Positions 1 to 8,632 of a stretch of 29,677 bases of DNA are shown here, one piece after another; position 1 is the first letter of the stretch; every line of letters begins with the position of its first letter. This DNA is from Candidatus Xenobia bacterium. Lineage in GTDB: Bacteria > Vulcanimicrobiota > Xenobia > Xenobiales > QWHO01. The notes below the pieces were generated by a model. It was given only the letters and a program-made list of their open reading frames with translations, had not been told where the DNA came from and did not search any database. A program made the position numbers and the translations under genes. The DNA is taken from contig BTUM01000092.1 in assembly GCA_045863235.1 (NCBI GenBank), positions 1-29,677 on the forward strand, given 5' to 3'.

Positions 1-126
1 ACGACCGGTGGGACGACGACCGGTGGGACGACGACCGGTGGGACGACGACCGGTGGGACGACCACCGGTGGGACGACGACCGGCGGAAGCACCACCGGGA
101 CGACGACCGGCGGGTCTACCACTGGC
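1..126 (+). repeat. Coding 15-bp tandem repeat (ACGACGACCGGTGGG, encoding TTTGG)
   Basis: About 6 near-perfect units that degenerate after ~85, with no spacers. Confidence 0.95.
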
Positions 127-432
127 GGAGCGGGCGAGCCCCCCAAGGAGCCGATCCTGGCCAACTTCACCCGCTACACCGATGGTCTTTACACCGTCGA
201 CGTGGTGGGCCTCTTGAGCACCGAGCAGAAGAAGACCGAGGAAGAAGTGGCCAAGCTGGTCGCTGACGCCATCGGTGGTCTGGACGAGAAGATCATTCTG
301 GCCCAGATGCGTGAAGCTGCAGGGGATGAGGGAAAGCAGAAGGGCAAGAAGTACAAAGTGGACGTGCAGGACCCGGCCCAACTGCTGCCCGTGGTGGAGC
401 AGGCGCGGGTGATGTACTGGCACGAAGAGTAA
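1..432 (+). CDS. 5'-truncated protein with (TTTGG)n linker; C-terminus resembles PilX-like pilus assembly proteins
   Basis: Frame 1 is open from base 1 to TAA at 430-432: TTGGTTTGG...GAGEPPKEPILANFTRY...ARVMYWHEE. It is followed by a terminator. The final strand-plus-Trp ending resembles VVISWQRL of the 19753-21060 protein. Confidence 0.7.
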   Translation, partial: TTGGTTTGGTTTGGTTTGGTTTGGTTTGGSTTGTTTGGSTTGGAGEPPKEPILANFTRYTDGLYTVDVVGLLSTEQKKTEEEVAKLVADAIGGLDEKIILAQMREAAGDEGKQKGKKYKVDVQDPAQLLPVVEQARVMYWHEE

Positions 433-457
433 GGTCAGGATCACCTGCCGGTTGATG

Positions 458-488
458 GCCTGCTGTGAAAGCAGGCTTTCTTCTTTTC
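458..488 (+). terminator. Rho-independent terminator
   Basis: GCCTGCT-GTGAA-AGCAGGC stem-loop followed by TTTCTTCTTTTC, 25 nt after the stop at 432. Confidence 0.8.
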
Positions 489-615
489 TGGGCGCGCGAC
501 ACGACAGGGCTGGTTGGTTGGAGCACCTGCCATGCCATAACCGTGAGCGCCTCGCCTCACTTCACAGGCAAACCTTACGAACGCGCTGGAGTTCCGGCGG
601 GGGTAAACCTGGGCT

Positions 616-1335
616 TCAGTAACGGTCGTTGCGCAGATAAATCTTGCGGGTGAGCGAGAAGCTTTCGGGCGGAGCGCCTTCGGGGGCGGGCGCCTCGGCC
701 GAAAGGCTGACCGTGTGCGGAACCCGGGTCAGGTCCACGTCGAAGGTCTTCAGGATACCGAGCAGACGCTCTTCCCCGCGCGGATTGTCGGTGATCAGGG
801 TCAACTCGTCCAGGGTCGGCTTGAAGGATTCGTCGATGTCGGGACGTCGGCCCACGGGGTAGCCGGGGGGCCAGACCAGACGGTAGAGCTTGCCGGAATC
901 CACGCGCCACCAGTAGATAACCAGCTGGTCGCTCCAGGTCTGCTGTCCGACCGTGTCGACCCCGGTGAAGGCTTGAATGGCGAGAATCAACGTCCCGCCG
1001 GGAGGCGGGGCCCCGGTTGTCGGATAGCGGGTAATCCCCGCGGCCGGTGCCGTGGCGAGATCGGCGCAGACCTTCTGCATGGCCATCAGGGCCACTTGCT
1101 GGATCTCGATCTGCTGCGAGCCGCGAACCGCTCCTCTGCCCATCGGTACGACCACCTGGATGATCAGGGTGAGAATCAAGAGCAGCAGGACGCAGCCCAC
1201 CATGATCTCGATGAGAGTGAAACCTCTCGTTCTCGAGCCGCAAACCCTGTGGTGTCGGAGGGAACCTCCGCCACCACAAGATGTTGTAGGCGGCCGGACT
1301 TCCAGGTTTCCGGCTGAGCTCTTAGCGGCGAACAT
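616..1335 (-). CDS. Type IV prepilin-like protein (PilW/GspJ-like minor pilin) with an abnormally long leader
   Basis: RG|FTLIEIMVGCVLLLLILTLI N-methylation motif. ATG at 1335 overlaps the end of the upstream gene (alternative GTG at 1353). The 38-aa leader spans a palindromic element. Confidence 0.8.
   Translation of the reverse strand: MFAAKSSAGNLEVRPPTTSCGGGGSLRHHRVCGSRTRGFTLIEIMVGCVLLLLILTLIIQVVVPMGRGAVRGSQQIEIQQVALMAMQKVCADLATAPAAGITRYPTTGAPPPGGTLILAIQAFTGVDTVGQQTWSDQLVIYWWRVDSGKLYRLVWPPGYPVGRRPDIDESFKPTLDELTLITDNPRGEERLLGILKTFDVDLTRVPHTVSLSAEAPAPEGAPPESFSLTRKIYLRNDRY
1237..1316. repeat. Palindromic REP/MITE-like element, copy 1
   Basis: 1237-1305 matches 19246-19317 except for a 3-nt indel and 2 substitutions. 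Inner hairpin TGTGGTGTCGGAGG-GAA-CCTCCGCCACCACA at 1248-1278. GTAG at 1286-1289 is followed by an imperfect stem (1291-1298/1309-1316). Confidence 0.9.
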
Positions 1336-1720
1336 TGGTCCTGGCCATCTCACGCACGAGCACGTGATCCATGTTGCGGTCCTTCCAGCGCACCGTCACC
1401 TTGATTCGCTTGATCATCGTGGGATCCACCCCGACCGGTCCGGTCATGTCAAAGATCTCCACGCTGGGCTCGAACTCGGTGCCCCGCCCGGGAACCTTGG
1501 GGAGGACCTGCGGCGGCCCGGGCCTGAGGTCTTTGAAACTGACCACCATGTACTCCTCCAGCACCGAGTCGGCCACGGCATCGGCCTGCAGCTTCTGGCC
1601 CGAGACCCGCAGGGTGGCCATGGAGCGGGGGAAGAGGTTGAAGATCAGCACCACGGTCAAAGAGAGCAGGAAGACTGCCAGAACCGACTCGGCTATGCTG
1701 ACCGCATGATTTCGTCTCAC
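1322..1720 (-). CDS. Small pilin-like protein (PilV/GspI-like)
   Basis: MRRNHA|VSIAESVLAVFLL has Glu at +5 and a hydrophobic helix. It ends KRIKVTVRW. Paralogous to 19361-19756. Start/stop overlap with the upstream gene. Confidence 0.75.
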   Translation of the reverse strand: MRRNHAVSIAESVLAVFLLSLTVVLIFNLFPRSMATLRVSGQKLQADAVADSVLEEYMVVSFKDLRPGPPQVLPKVPGRGTEFEPSVEIFDMTGPVGVDPTMIKRIKVTVRWKDRNMDHVLVREMARTNVRR

Positions 1721-3288
1721 AGGCTTTGCACCACCTCAACCATGGGAAGCAGAGTGGCCAGGGCCACGATGGCGGCTGCCACACCCATCAGCATCATCAA
1801 CAGGGGCTCCAGGGCGGCCGCCGCCATCTCGAGCGCCGCCTCCAGCTCGAGCTGATACATCCGAGAGAGCCACTGGAGAGTTTCGGGCACGCTGCCCGAT
1901 TCCTCGCCCGCCCTGAGCACCAGTAAGAACCCGCGTGGGAAAAATTCCGTGAGCCCAAGGCTCTGCTGCAGGTTGCGACCATCCTTGGCGGCCTCGATCG
2001 TCTTGGGAATGGCCTGCTCGAGGACCGGGTTGCCAGAGGCTGCCGCCGCGTTGGGAAGCGCTTCCAATAGCCCCAGCCCGACTCTGATCTGCACCGCCAG
2101 GGCTTCGCCGAAGTGAGCGGCCCCCATCAACCGGATCAGGTGGCCGATCTTGGGGATGCGCATCAACAGGCGATAAAGAAGGAGCTTGCCAGCTGGCGTC
2201 CGCAGATAGGCCAGCAAGAAAGGCCCTCCGAGCAGGGGGATGGCCGCCATCACCAGGATGACCCGGATGTCAGTCAGGGCAAACACCAAGCGGGTGATCA
2301 TGGGGGGCTGTGTGCCCAGTTGAGCCAGCAGGTCGAGTTGGCCCTTCAACAGGATCGGGGCTCCCACCATCATCATCACCAGGCAGATGCCGAACAAGAG
2401 CAGTGGGTAAGTCAGCACCGAGAGCAGCTTCATGCGCATGGCCCGCTGGCTCTCCTCGTAGTCGGCCAGTTGCTGCAAGACCTGCACGAGTTGCCCGGTG
2501 GCCTCACCCACCTTGACCAGGCGGAGCTGGAAACTGGTAAAGGAGGGCGAGCTGCGAGACAGGGCTTGCGAGAGCGGCATGCCGGCGTCGACGATCGAGC
2601 GGGTAAGCAGGCACACCTCGGCAGCTTTCTTCTCCTCAGACTGCTTGGCTAGAACCGAGAGAGCCCGGCCGATGGGGATTCCCGCCGCCATGAGAGTGGC
2701 CAGGGAGCGCAGCAAGATGACCATGGCCCGGCCCGAGAGCCGAGGTCCGGTGCTAGACCCCGGCGGGGGATCGGCCGAGGGTTGGGAGGGGGTCGAGCGA
2801 GTGGGAGACGAGGTCTCTCGCACACGAACCGGCTCGGAGCGGGCCCGAGCCGCTGGTGGACCCGGGCTAGCTGGCTCGTCCAGACGTTGCTCGAGCTTGC
2901 GAGCATACTCGCTCAGGCGCTCGGCATCCTGGCGCGTGAAAGACACTGTGGCCATGCGGTGATCAGCGTAGAGAATCCCTCGCACCTGACCGTCCCGGCC
3001 CAGCAAGGGGACGCAGAGGACGGCTCGCACGTCCGAAAGGAGCAAGCTGGAGCTTTCCAGCAGCTTGGGGTCGCGGCGGGCGTCGGAGCTGAGAAGCGTC
3101 TGGCGTGATTCGACCACCTTGTCCACCACGGTCATGCTGATAGGGGCGTGGCTGCTGTTGGTGTCGACTCCCCGAGTGGCCCAGGCGGTGAACGGCTCGT
3201 CGGGCGATTCGCGGAAAAGCACAAGCAGTCGCTCGGCCTTGAGATGACTGCGCATGAAGGCCAGGGCTTCATCGAAGAGTTGGCTCAA
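1717..3288 (-). CDS. GAF domain fused to a type II secretion F / PilC family platform protein
   Basis: N-terminal GAF (VRAVLCVPL...RGILYADHR), a Pro/Ser/Thr linker, then two T2SSF repeats (LATLMAAGIPI...VGEATGQL...LTYP; AGEESGSV...LEPLLM). Confidence 0.85.
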   Translation of the reverse strand: MSQLFDEALAFMRSHLKAERLLVLFRESPDEPFTAWATRGVDTNSSHAPISMTVVDKVVESRQTLLSSDARRDPKLLESSSLLLSDVRAVLCVPLLGRDGQVRGILYADHRMATVSFTRQDAERLSEYARKLEQRLDEPASPGPPAARARSEPVRVRETSSPTRSTPSQPSADPPPGSSTGPRLSGRAMVILLRSLATLMAAGIPIGRALSVLAKQSEEKKAAEVCLLTRSIVDAGMPLSQALSRSSPSFTSFQLRLVKVGEATGQLVQVLQQLADYEESQRAMRMKLLSVLTYPLLLFGICLVMMMVGAPILLKGQLDLLAQLGTQPPMITRLVFALTDIRVILVMAAIPLLGGPFLLAYLRTPAGKLLLYRLLMRIPKIGHLIRLMGAAHFGEALAVQIRVGLGLLEALPNAAAASGNPVLEQAIPKTIEAAKDGRNLQQSLGLTEFFPRGFLLVLRAGEESGSVPETLQWLSRMYQLELEAALEMAAAALEPLLMMLMGVAAAIVALATLLPMVEVVQSL

Positions 3289-3316
3289 TCCCGATTCGCT
3301 TACCTGGGGCAGCCGC

Positions 3317-4657
3317 TCACCCCTTTCCCCACCGTCTCAGAGCAAGGCTCAGAGCCTGACCTGCTTCTTCTACATCGGCGAAGCGGTCTCCCGGTTGCTT
3401 GGCCAGCATTCGAGCTAAAACTCCATCCACTTCAGGCGGAACACCTTCTCGCAGCTCGGAAGGCGGCTGAGGAGTGTCTGAGATCTGCATGAAGAGCACC
3501 TGCATCGGGTCCTCCGCATTGAAAGTTCGCTGGCCGGTGATCATCTCGTGCACGATCAGCCCCAGGGCATACTGGTCGCTGGCTGGCTCGTAAACGCTTC
3601 CTCCCCGGACTTGCTCGGGAGCCATGTAAGCCGGCGTGCCCAGAGCGGTCCCGGTGAGAGTGACGCGGTCAAGGTGCGAGCTGCGCGCGAGACCGAAGTC
3701 GAGCACTTTCACGTCGCCTCGGGAAGTGATCATGATGTTTTCCGGTTTGAGATCGCGATGCACGACGCCCCGGGCGTGGGCGTACGAGACGGCTGAGAAC
3801 AAAGGTCCACAGATGCGGTAGATCTCGGCCGGCGTAAGCAGCTTCTGGCGCATGAGCTTGGCCATGGTCTCGCCATCCACATACTCCATCACGAGGAATT
3901 TACGCCCATCTTTGTCGCCGTAGTCGTAGAGGCGAACGATGTTCTTGTGCAGCAGGTTGAGGCACACCTTGACCTCGCGCTGAAAGCGAGCCTCGTACTC
4001 CTCGTTGTGGTCGAGCTCGGCCTGAAGCACCTTGATGGCGACCGCCTTGGAGTCGTCCAGCGTCTCCTCGGGTACGGCGTAGTAGACCCGGGCCATGCCG
4101 CCGCCCCCGAGCTCTCGGATCAGCCGGTAGCCACCCAGAGTCGGGCTGACCTGGGTGAACTCGGTGGTGGCGATGATATCGTCGAGCTGTTTGACCCGCT
4201 TCATGGCTCGCCGGGCCCGAAGATAATGCCAGAACCCCAGGCCACCCAGTCCGAGCACCGGCAGGCTGGCATAGAACACCCAGCGATTGCGCTGCCAGTG
4301 ACCTTGCAGGCTGGAGGGCTTGAGGTAGATGACCCCCTCGACCGGATAAGTGTAGGTGCGCCCGGTGGCTGCGGCGACCCCGAAGGTCGTCCGAGCGCTG
4401 ACGCTGACGTTTTGAGTCGCGTAGCCCTCTCGCTTGAAGCTGAGCTCGATCTGGCCATCTCCGAAGGGCTCGAGATCGAGCAGCAGCGGCTTGTTGGCCT
4501 GGCCCACGAAGCCATACTGGTGCCACACTCCGGCATCGGTCGGCTCGACCCGGAAGATCACCTTGACTTTTGGGTCTGGCTTCCCGTTCTGAGCGCTGAC
4601 CGGCAAACCGGCCAGCACCACCAGGACGAGAATCAGGACTGCTCGCCACCCGCTCAC
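3317..4657 (-). CDS. Membrane Ser/Thr protein kinase with an N-terminal signal peptide and PEGA-like ectodomain
   Basis: Hanks motifs [25 protein letters not shown] and GTPAYMAPE. Signal peptide from GTG 4657 (start uncertain; the ORF is open to 4705). TM helix [18 protein letters not shown]. Confidence 0.9.
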   Translation of the reverse strand: MSGWRAVLILVLVVLAGLPVSAQNGKPDPKVKVIFRVEPTDAGVWHQYGFVGQANKPLLLDLEPFGDGQIELSFKREGYATQNVSVSARTTFGVAAATGRTYTYPVEGVIYLKPSSLQGHWQRNRWVFYASLPVLGLGGLGFWHYLRARRAMKRVKQLDDIIATTEFTQVSPTLGGYRLIRELGGGGMARVYYAVPEETLDDSKAVAIKVLQAELDHNEEYEARFQREVKVCLNLLHKNIVRLYDYGDKDGRKFLVMEYVDGETMAKLMRQKLLTPAEIYRICGPLFSAVSYAHARGVVHRDLKPENIMITSRGDVKVLDFGLARSSHLDRVTLTGTALGTPAYMAPEQVRGGSVYEPASDQYALGLIVHEMITGQRTFNAEDPMQVLFMQISDTPQPPSELREGVPPEVDGVLARMLAKQPGDRFADVEEAGQALSLALRRWGKG

Positions 4658-4700
4658 GATCGATTGATTCGTGGCAACCTTGCCCGAGGCCCTGCCTGGA

Positions 4701-4733
4701 TGCAACCGGTGTGCAACGGGTGCGGTCTAATTT
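4701..4733 (+). promoter_or_regulatory. Putative phaC promoter: tandem TGCAAC(C/G)GGTG repeat plus -10 TAATTT, likely leaderless
   Basis: 11-bp direct repeat at 4701-4722. TAATTT at 4728-4733 lies 6 nt before ATG 4740. No Shine-Dalgarno sequence. Confidence 0.5.
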
Positions 4734-4739
4734 TCGCCC

Positions 4740-5795
4740 ATGAAAACCGTCACCCGAGCCCTTCGCTGGGCCAGTCTCACTTCCGGTCAAGAGACCGTTC
4801 CCATCGCCACGACTCCGCGCGAGGCCATCTACGAGCGCGACCGCATGGTGTTGTACCGCTATCGTCAGGACAACCCTACCCAGAAAGTCCCGATTCTCCT
4901 GATCTACTCTCTGATCAACCGGCCCAGCGTGCTCGACCTGCGACCCGGTCGCAGCGTGGTGCAGAACCTCTTGGCCCAGGGGTTCGAGGTGTATTTGCTG
5001 GACTGGGGTATCCCCAACGCCCTGGACCAGTTCTTCGATCTCGATGCCTACGTCAACTTGCTGCTGCGCGCCGCGGTTCGCGAGGTTTGCCTGCACGCCG
5101 AGGTGCCGCAGATTACCCTGCTGGGCTACTGTATGGGCGGTACGCTGACGGGAATGTATACCGCCCTGCACCCTGAGCGGGTAGCCAACCTGGTGCTCCT
5201 GGGCGCGCCCTTCTCTTTCCGCAGCGAGCAGCTTCTCTATCGCTGGGGCACCGACCCCAAGGTGCTCGACCCGCAGAAGGTGCACGAGGCGTTCGGCAAC
5301 GCCCCGCCCTGGGCGTTCGAGGGCTTCTCGCTGCTGACGCTCGACTCCAAGCCGGCCAAACTGCACGGACTCTACCAGAACCTGGACGACCCTGCCTTCC
5401 TGGAGAGCTACCTGGCCATGGAGCAGTGGGTGTCGGACAACATCCCGATGCCCGGAGCGATATACTCCGAGTTCATTCGAACCTGTTTCCACGAGAACCG
5501 CCTCTTCCGGGGGAAGCTCAAGATCGCTGGAAAGACGGTCAACCTCAGCCGCATCAAGTGCCCGACTCTGATCCTGGCGGGTGAGAAAGATCACCTGGTG
5601 CCGCCCGAGACCACCTGCCGCCTGACCGAGCTCGTGCCTCAAGCCGAAACCATCGTGTTCCCGTCCGGGCATATCGGGCTGTCGGTTTCGGGCGGCTCCC
5701 AGAAGAAACTGTGGCCCCAGGTTGGCAACTGGCTTTCGCTGCAACAGCCTTGCAACGAGCCGGAGCTAATCTCCAGCCAGACAACGGAGGACTGA
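4740..5795 (+). CDS. phaC: Poly(3-hydroxyalkanoate) synthase catalytic subunit, class III/IV type
   Basis: 351 aa. PILLIYSLINRPSVLDL, VYLLDWG, lipase-like box GYCMGG, GEKDHLVP (Asp) and SGHIG (His). Confidence 0.93.
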   Translation: MKTVTRALRWASLTSGQETVPIATTPREAIYERDRMVLYRYRQDNPTQKVPILLIYSLINRPSVLDLRPGRSVVQNLLAQGFEVYLLDWGIPNALDQFFDLDAYVNLLLRAAVREVCLHAEVPQITLLGYCMGGTLTGMYTALHPERVANLVLLGAPFSFRSEQLLYRWGTDPKVLDPQKVHEAFGNAPPWAFEGFSLLTLDSKPAKLHGLYQNLDDPAFLESYLAMEQWVSDNIPMPGAIYSEFIRTCFHENRLFRGKLKIAGKTVNLSRIKCPTLILAGEKDHLVPPETTCRLTELVPQAETIVFPSGHIGLSVSGGSQKKLWPQVGNWLSLQQPCNEPELISSQTTED

Positions 5796-5798
5796 TAG

Positions 5799-6200
5799 AT
5801 GACTAGCAAGACCGAAGAGAATACCTTCGAGAACCTGGCCGACCAATGGCGCCAGATGTGGCTCGACAACTGGGCCAGCGTCACTCGCACCACGGTCGAT
5901 TCAGATAGCTTCAAGAATGCCAACGCGGCCGCTTTCAACTGGACCCTGGCGGGCCAGAAGATGTGGCGCGATGCGATGGGGCAGGCCCTGGAGAGCATGG
6001 ATCTTCCGCGCCGCAGCGACCTGGCCCGCCTCTCGCGCCAGATCGCGGCCCTCGAGGCTCGAGTGCTGGATATGCAAGAAGAGCTGGCTCAGACCCGTAA
6101 GGCCGCCGCTCGACCCGAGCCCAAACCCAAAGCCCAACCCAAGACTCAGCCCAAGACGGCGCCTGCCAAGGCCGCCAATCAGAAAGGAAAATCCAAATGA
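5799..6200 (+). CDS. PhaE/PhaR-type second subunit of the PHA synthase, short, with a Lys/Pro/Ala tail
   Basis: Directly after phaC with a GGAGG SD. LPRRSDLARLSRQIAALEARV resembles the PhaE C-terminal coiled coil. Tail PKPKAQPKTQPKTAPAKAA. Confidence 0.7.
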   Translation: MTSKTEENTFENLADQWRQMWLDNWASVTRTTVDSDSFKNANAAAFNWTLAGQKMWRDAMGQALESMDLPRRSDLARLSRQIAALEARVLDMQEELAQTRKAAARPEPKPKAQPKTQPKTAPAKAANQKGKSK

Positions 6201-6538
6201 GCAACGCGACCCAAGAGCTGAAACAATTCAACGAGGCCATGATGCAGACCACGATGCAGGCCGTTTCCACCGCCCTCTGGGCCCAGGAGCAGGCTGACCA
6301 CCTCGTGCGCGCCTGCCTCGACAGCCAGAAGTCCACTCGCGAAGAGGGCAAGAAGCTGGCTGAGAAGATGGCCGAGCAGGTCAAAGCCAACCAGGAGAAC
6401 CTGCAGCGCTTCATCCACAGCTCGGTGAGCCTGTCTTTGGCCTCGATGCGCATCCCGCAGCCGGGTCAGGTGGAAGAGCTGAACCGCAAGGTGGAGGCTC
6501 TCACCAAGGAACTGGAAGCCATCAAGAAGACGAAGTAA
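6197..6538 (+). CDS. Phasin-like PHA granule-associated protein
   Basis: ATGA overlap with the previous gene. 113-aa all-helical amphipathic sequence in a pha operon context. Confidence 0.6.
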   Translation: MSNATQELKQFNEAMMQTTMQAVSTALWAQEQADHLVRACLDSQKSTREEGKKLAEKMAEQVKANQENLQRFIHSSVSLSLASMRIPQPGQVEELNRKVEALTKELEAIKKTK

Positions 6539-6576
6539 CGTTCCTCAGAACCCTTTGGCCCGACGCGCGCTGGGCG

Positions 6577-6612
6577 CGCTTGAGATAGATTGTCCGCTTG
6601 AGATAGATTGTC
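6577..6612. repeat. Perfect 18-bp tandem duplication CGCTTGAGATAGATTGTC x2
   Basis: 6577-6594 is identical to 6595-6612, between convergent genes. Confidence 0.95.
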
Positions 6613-6669
6613 CCCTTGCCCCGCCCGGGTGTTCCTCCACAAGCCTGGTGCGGGGCTCTCCTTTTCCCC

Positions 6670-8604
6670 TCAGCTGGCTCGGACCGTGGCGGCCGGCTCT
6701 CCGACCTCGGCCGCCTCGACCTCAGCCTCGACTTTGCCTCCGGCCCTGGCCTCGACCTCAGCCTCGACCTCGCCCCTGGCCTCGACCTCGGCCTCGAGCC
6801 CGACCTGCACGTGGTTGCGACCCGAGCGCTTGGCGCGGTAGAGGGCCTCGTCGGCCACCTTGATCACCTCATTGCCATCCCGGCCGTGATAAGGGAAGGC
6901 TGCCACCCCGATGGACAGGCTGATGGGCCCGACCGGACGCCCGCCCGAGCTGACGTTCAAGCCCTGAGCGGCGGCGCGCAGCTTTTCGGCCCGCTCCCGA
7001 GCCACCTCCAGGCTGGCTCCCGGAAGCAGCACGGCGAACTCCTCGCCGCCAAAGCGGCAGGGAATGTCTTCGGCTCGCACGCTGTTCTTGAGCAACACCC
7101 CCAGAGCTTGCAGCACTGCATCTCCGGCCTCGTGGCCGAAATTGTCGTTGAACTGCTTGAAATGGTCGATGTCGATCATCAGCACGCCCATCGGCTGGTC
7201 GTTGCGCATGGAGCGGTGGAGCTCGCGGTCGAGCGACGCTTCCAGGTAGCGGCGGTTGAACAGGCCCGTAAGGCCGTCACGGATGGACTGGTTGCGCAAC
7301 GTCTCGCGCAACCTGAGGTTGGCCAGGGCCAGCGAAAGTTGCTCGCTGACGGTGACGGCCAGTTGCTCGTCGATCACGGCTCCTTCCAGGCACAGCACGC
7401 CCAGGGCTTCGCTCTGAGCCACCAGCGGGATGCACAGCTCGTTTCCCGGCTGCTTGTCTTCGTGATAATGATGGCAGTGCAGGGCTCCGGGCTCGACGGC
7501 CGAGTGGGCCCGCCCGCGGCGCAGGGCCCAGCAGTCCTCCGGGCTGAACATGCGCTCGCTCCTGGGCTCTCCCCAGCTGGTGACGGCCTCCAACAGCGTG
7601 CGCGAGGGGGTGGTGAGGAGCAGCGTGCCGCAGGTGTCGGGAAAGACCCGCTCGCCAAAGCTGGCCACCACCTGGTAAGCTTCCTCGGCGCGAACGGCGG
7701 TCTGCAAGAGCTCGGTGAGCTTGCTCATCTCCTCGATCTCCATATTCTTGCGCCGCAAAGCCTCGACCCGGTCAGCCAGCATGGCGTTGGTGGCCCTCAG
7801 CGCTTCCTCGGCGTTGAAGCGCAGCTCGCGGCCCAGTTGCAGTTGCTCGGCCATGCGGTTGAAGGCTCGTCCGAGCTGTCCGATCTCGTCGCTGGAGCTG
7901 ATCTCCACCCGGTAATCGAGCCTGCCCTCGCCGATCTCCGTAATGCCGGCTACCAGGCGCTGCAACGGGATCGTCAGGTCGTTCACAACGGCCCGGCCCA
8001 TCGTGTAGATCATCAAGATGGCCACCAGGGCTTCCACTCCGAGAGTGACATAGGTCTGGTTCTTGCGGCTGTCAACTTGCTTTCGTAGCAAGCGTAACTC
8101 GGCTTGCTGCCCGATGCGCAGGGCATTCACCGATTCGTAGAAGCGGTCGAGCACCTGGCGATCCTGGTTGTCCACCAGCAGTTTGGCGATGTCTCCGTGG
8201 CCTTTCTCCCGAGCGATCTGCATGATCTGGGTCAGGCGGCTCATTCGCTCGGTGCAGTAACGGCGCAGGGCGGGAAGTTGGACCAGCAGATGCTCCTCCG
8301 TGCCCAGAGCCCCCTCCACCTCCTCCAGAGCATACTTCTGCTCTGGCTCGGTGGACTCGAACTTGCGTAAAGCTTGAGGATCTCCGGTCAGGGCATAGGT
8401 CAGGGCGGCCGACTCGGCCCTCGTCAGGCTGGCTTCCAGGTCGATCATGGCGCGCAGAAGTTGCTCGCCAGCAGCCACCCTTTCGATGTCCTTGAGCTGG
8501 CTGTGGACGGTGAGCGTCGACACCACCCCGATGACGATCAGCACGAGCACGGTGATCGTTACGCCGAACCCGATTTTGTAGCCGATCGAGGAGCGAAACT
8601 TCAC
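6670..8604 (-). CDS. Membrane sensor diguanylate cyclase (CHASE3-like, HAMP, GAF, GGDEF)
   Basis: Two TM helices, HAMP (DEIGQLGRAFNRM), GAF, DGLTGLFNRR, DIDHFKQFND, and RAED..GGEEF. Start set at GTG 8604, just after the upstream stop at 8633. Confidence 0.92.
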   Translation of the reverse strand: MKFRSSIGYKIGFGVTITVLVLIVIGVVSTLTVHSQLKDIERVAAGEQLLRAMIDLEASLTRAESAALTYALTGDPQALRKFESTEPEQKYALEEVEGALGTEEHLLVQLPALRRYCTERMSRLTQIMQIAREKGHGDIAKLLVDNQDRQVLDRFYESVNALRIGQQAELRLLRKQVDSRKNQTYVTLGVEALVAILMIYTMGRAVVNDLTIPLQRLVAGITEIGEGRLDYRVEISSSDEIGQLGRAFNRMAEQLQLGRELRFNAEEALRATNAMLADRVEALRRKNMEIEEMSKLTELLQTAVRAEEAYQVVASFGERVFPDTCGTLLLTTPSRTLLEAVTSWGEPRSERMFSPEDCWALRRGRAHSAVEPGALHCHHYHEDKQPGNELCIPLVAQSEALGVLCLEGAVIDEQLAVTVSEQLSLALANLRLRETLRNQSIRDGLTGLFNRRYLEASLDRELHRSMRNDQPMGVLMIDIDHFKQFNDNFGHEAGDAVLQALGVLLKNSVRAEDIPCRFGGEEFAVLLPGASLEVARERAEKLRAAAQGLNVSSGGRPVGPISLSIGVAAFPYHGRDGNEVIKVADEALYRAKRSGRNHVQVGLEAEVEARGEVEAEVEARAGGKVEAEVEAAEVGEPAATVRAS

Positions 8605-8632
8605 CTGCCGTTGTTCGAGGTCGGTTTCGAAA

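Noticed and set aside
1..126. Possible CRISPR array
   Set aside because: Contiguous 15-bp units with no spacers, in frame as TTTGG, and no cas genes in the window.
560..612. CACAGGCAAACC resembling the start of a c-di-GMP-I riboswitch
   Set aside because: It lacks the GAAA loop and GACGCAAAG core, and lies between convergent genes with nothing downstream to regulate.
1237..1316. Element as a tRNA fragment, intron or translational-bypass site
   Set aside because: No cloverleaf or T-loop and no group I/II intron core. The frame is open through it, so neither splicing nor hopping is needed.
3900..5744. 614-aa minus-strand ORF and similar long ORFs (6616-8088, 11809-12927, 13546-14682, 15939-16958, 22732-23724)
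   Set aside because: Antisense or off-frame shadows of well-supported genes, as expected in high-GC DNA, with no recognisable motifs.
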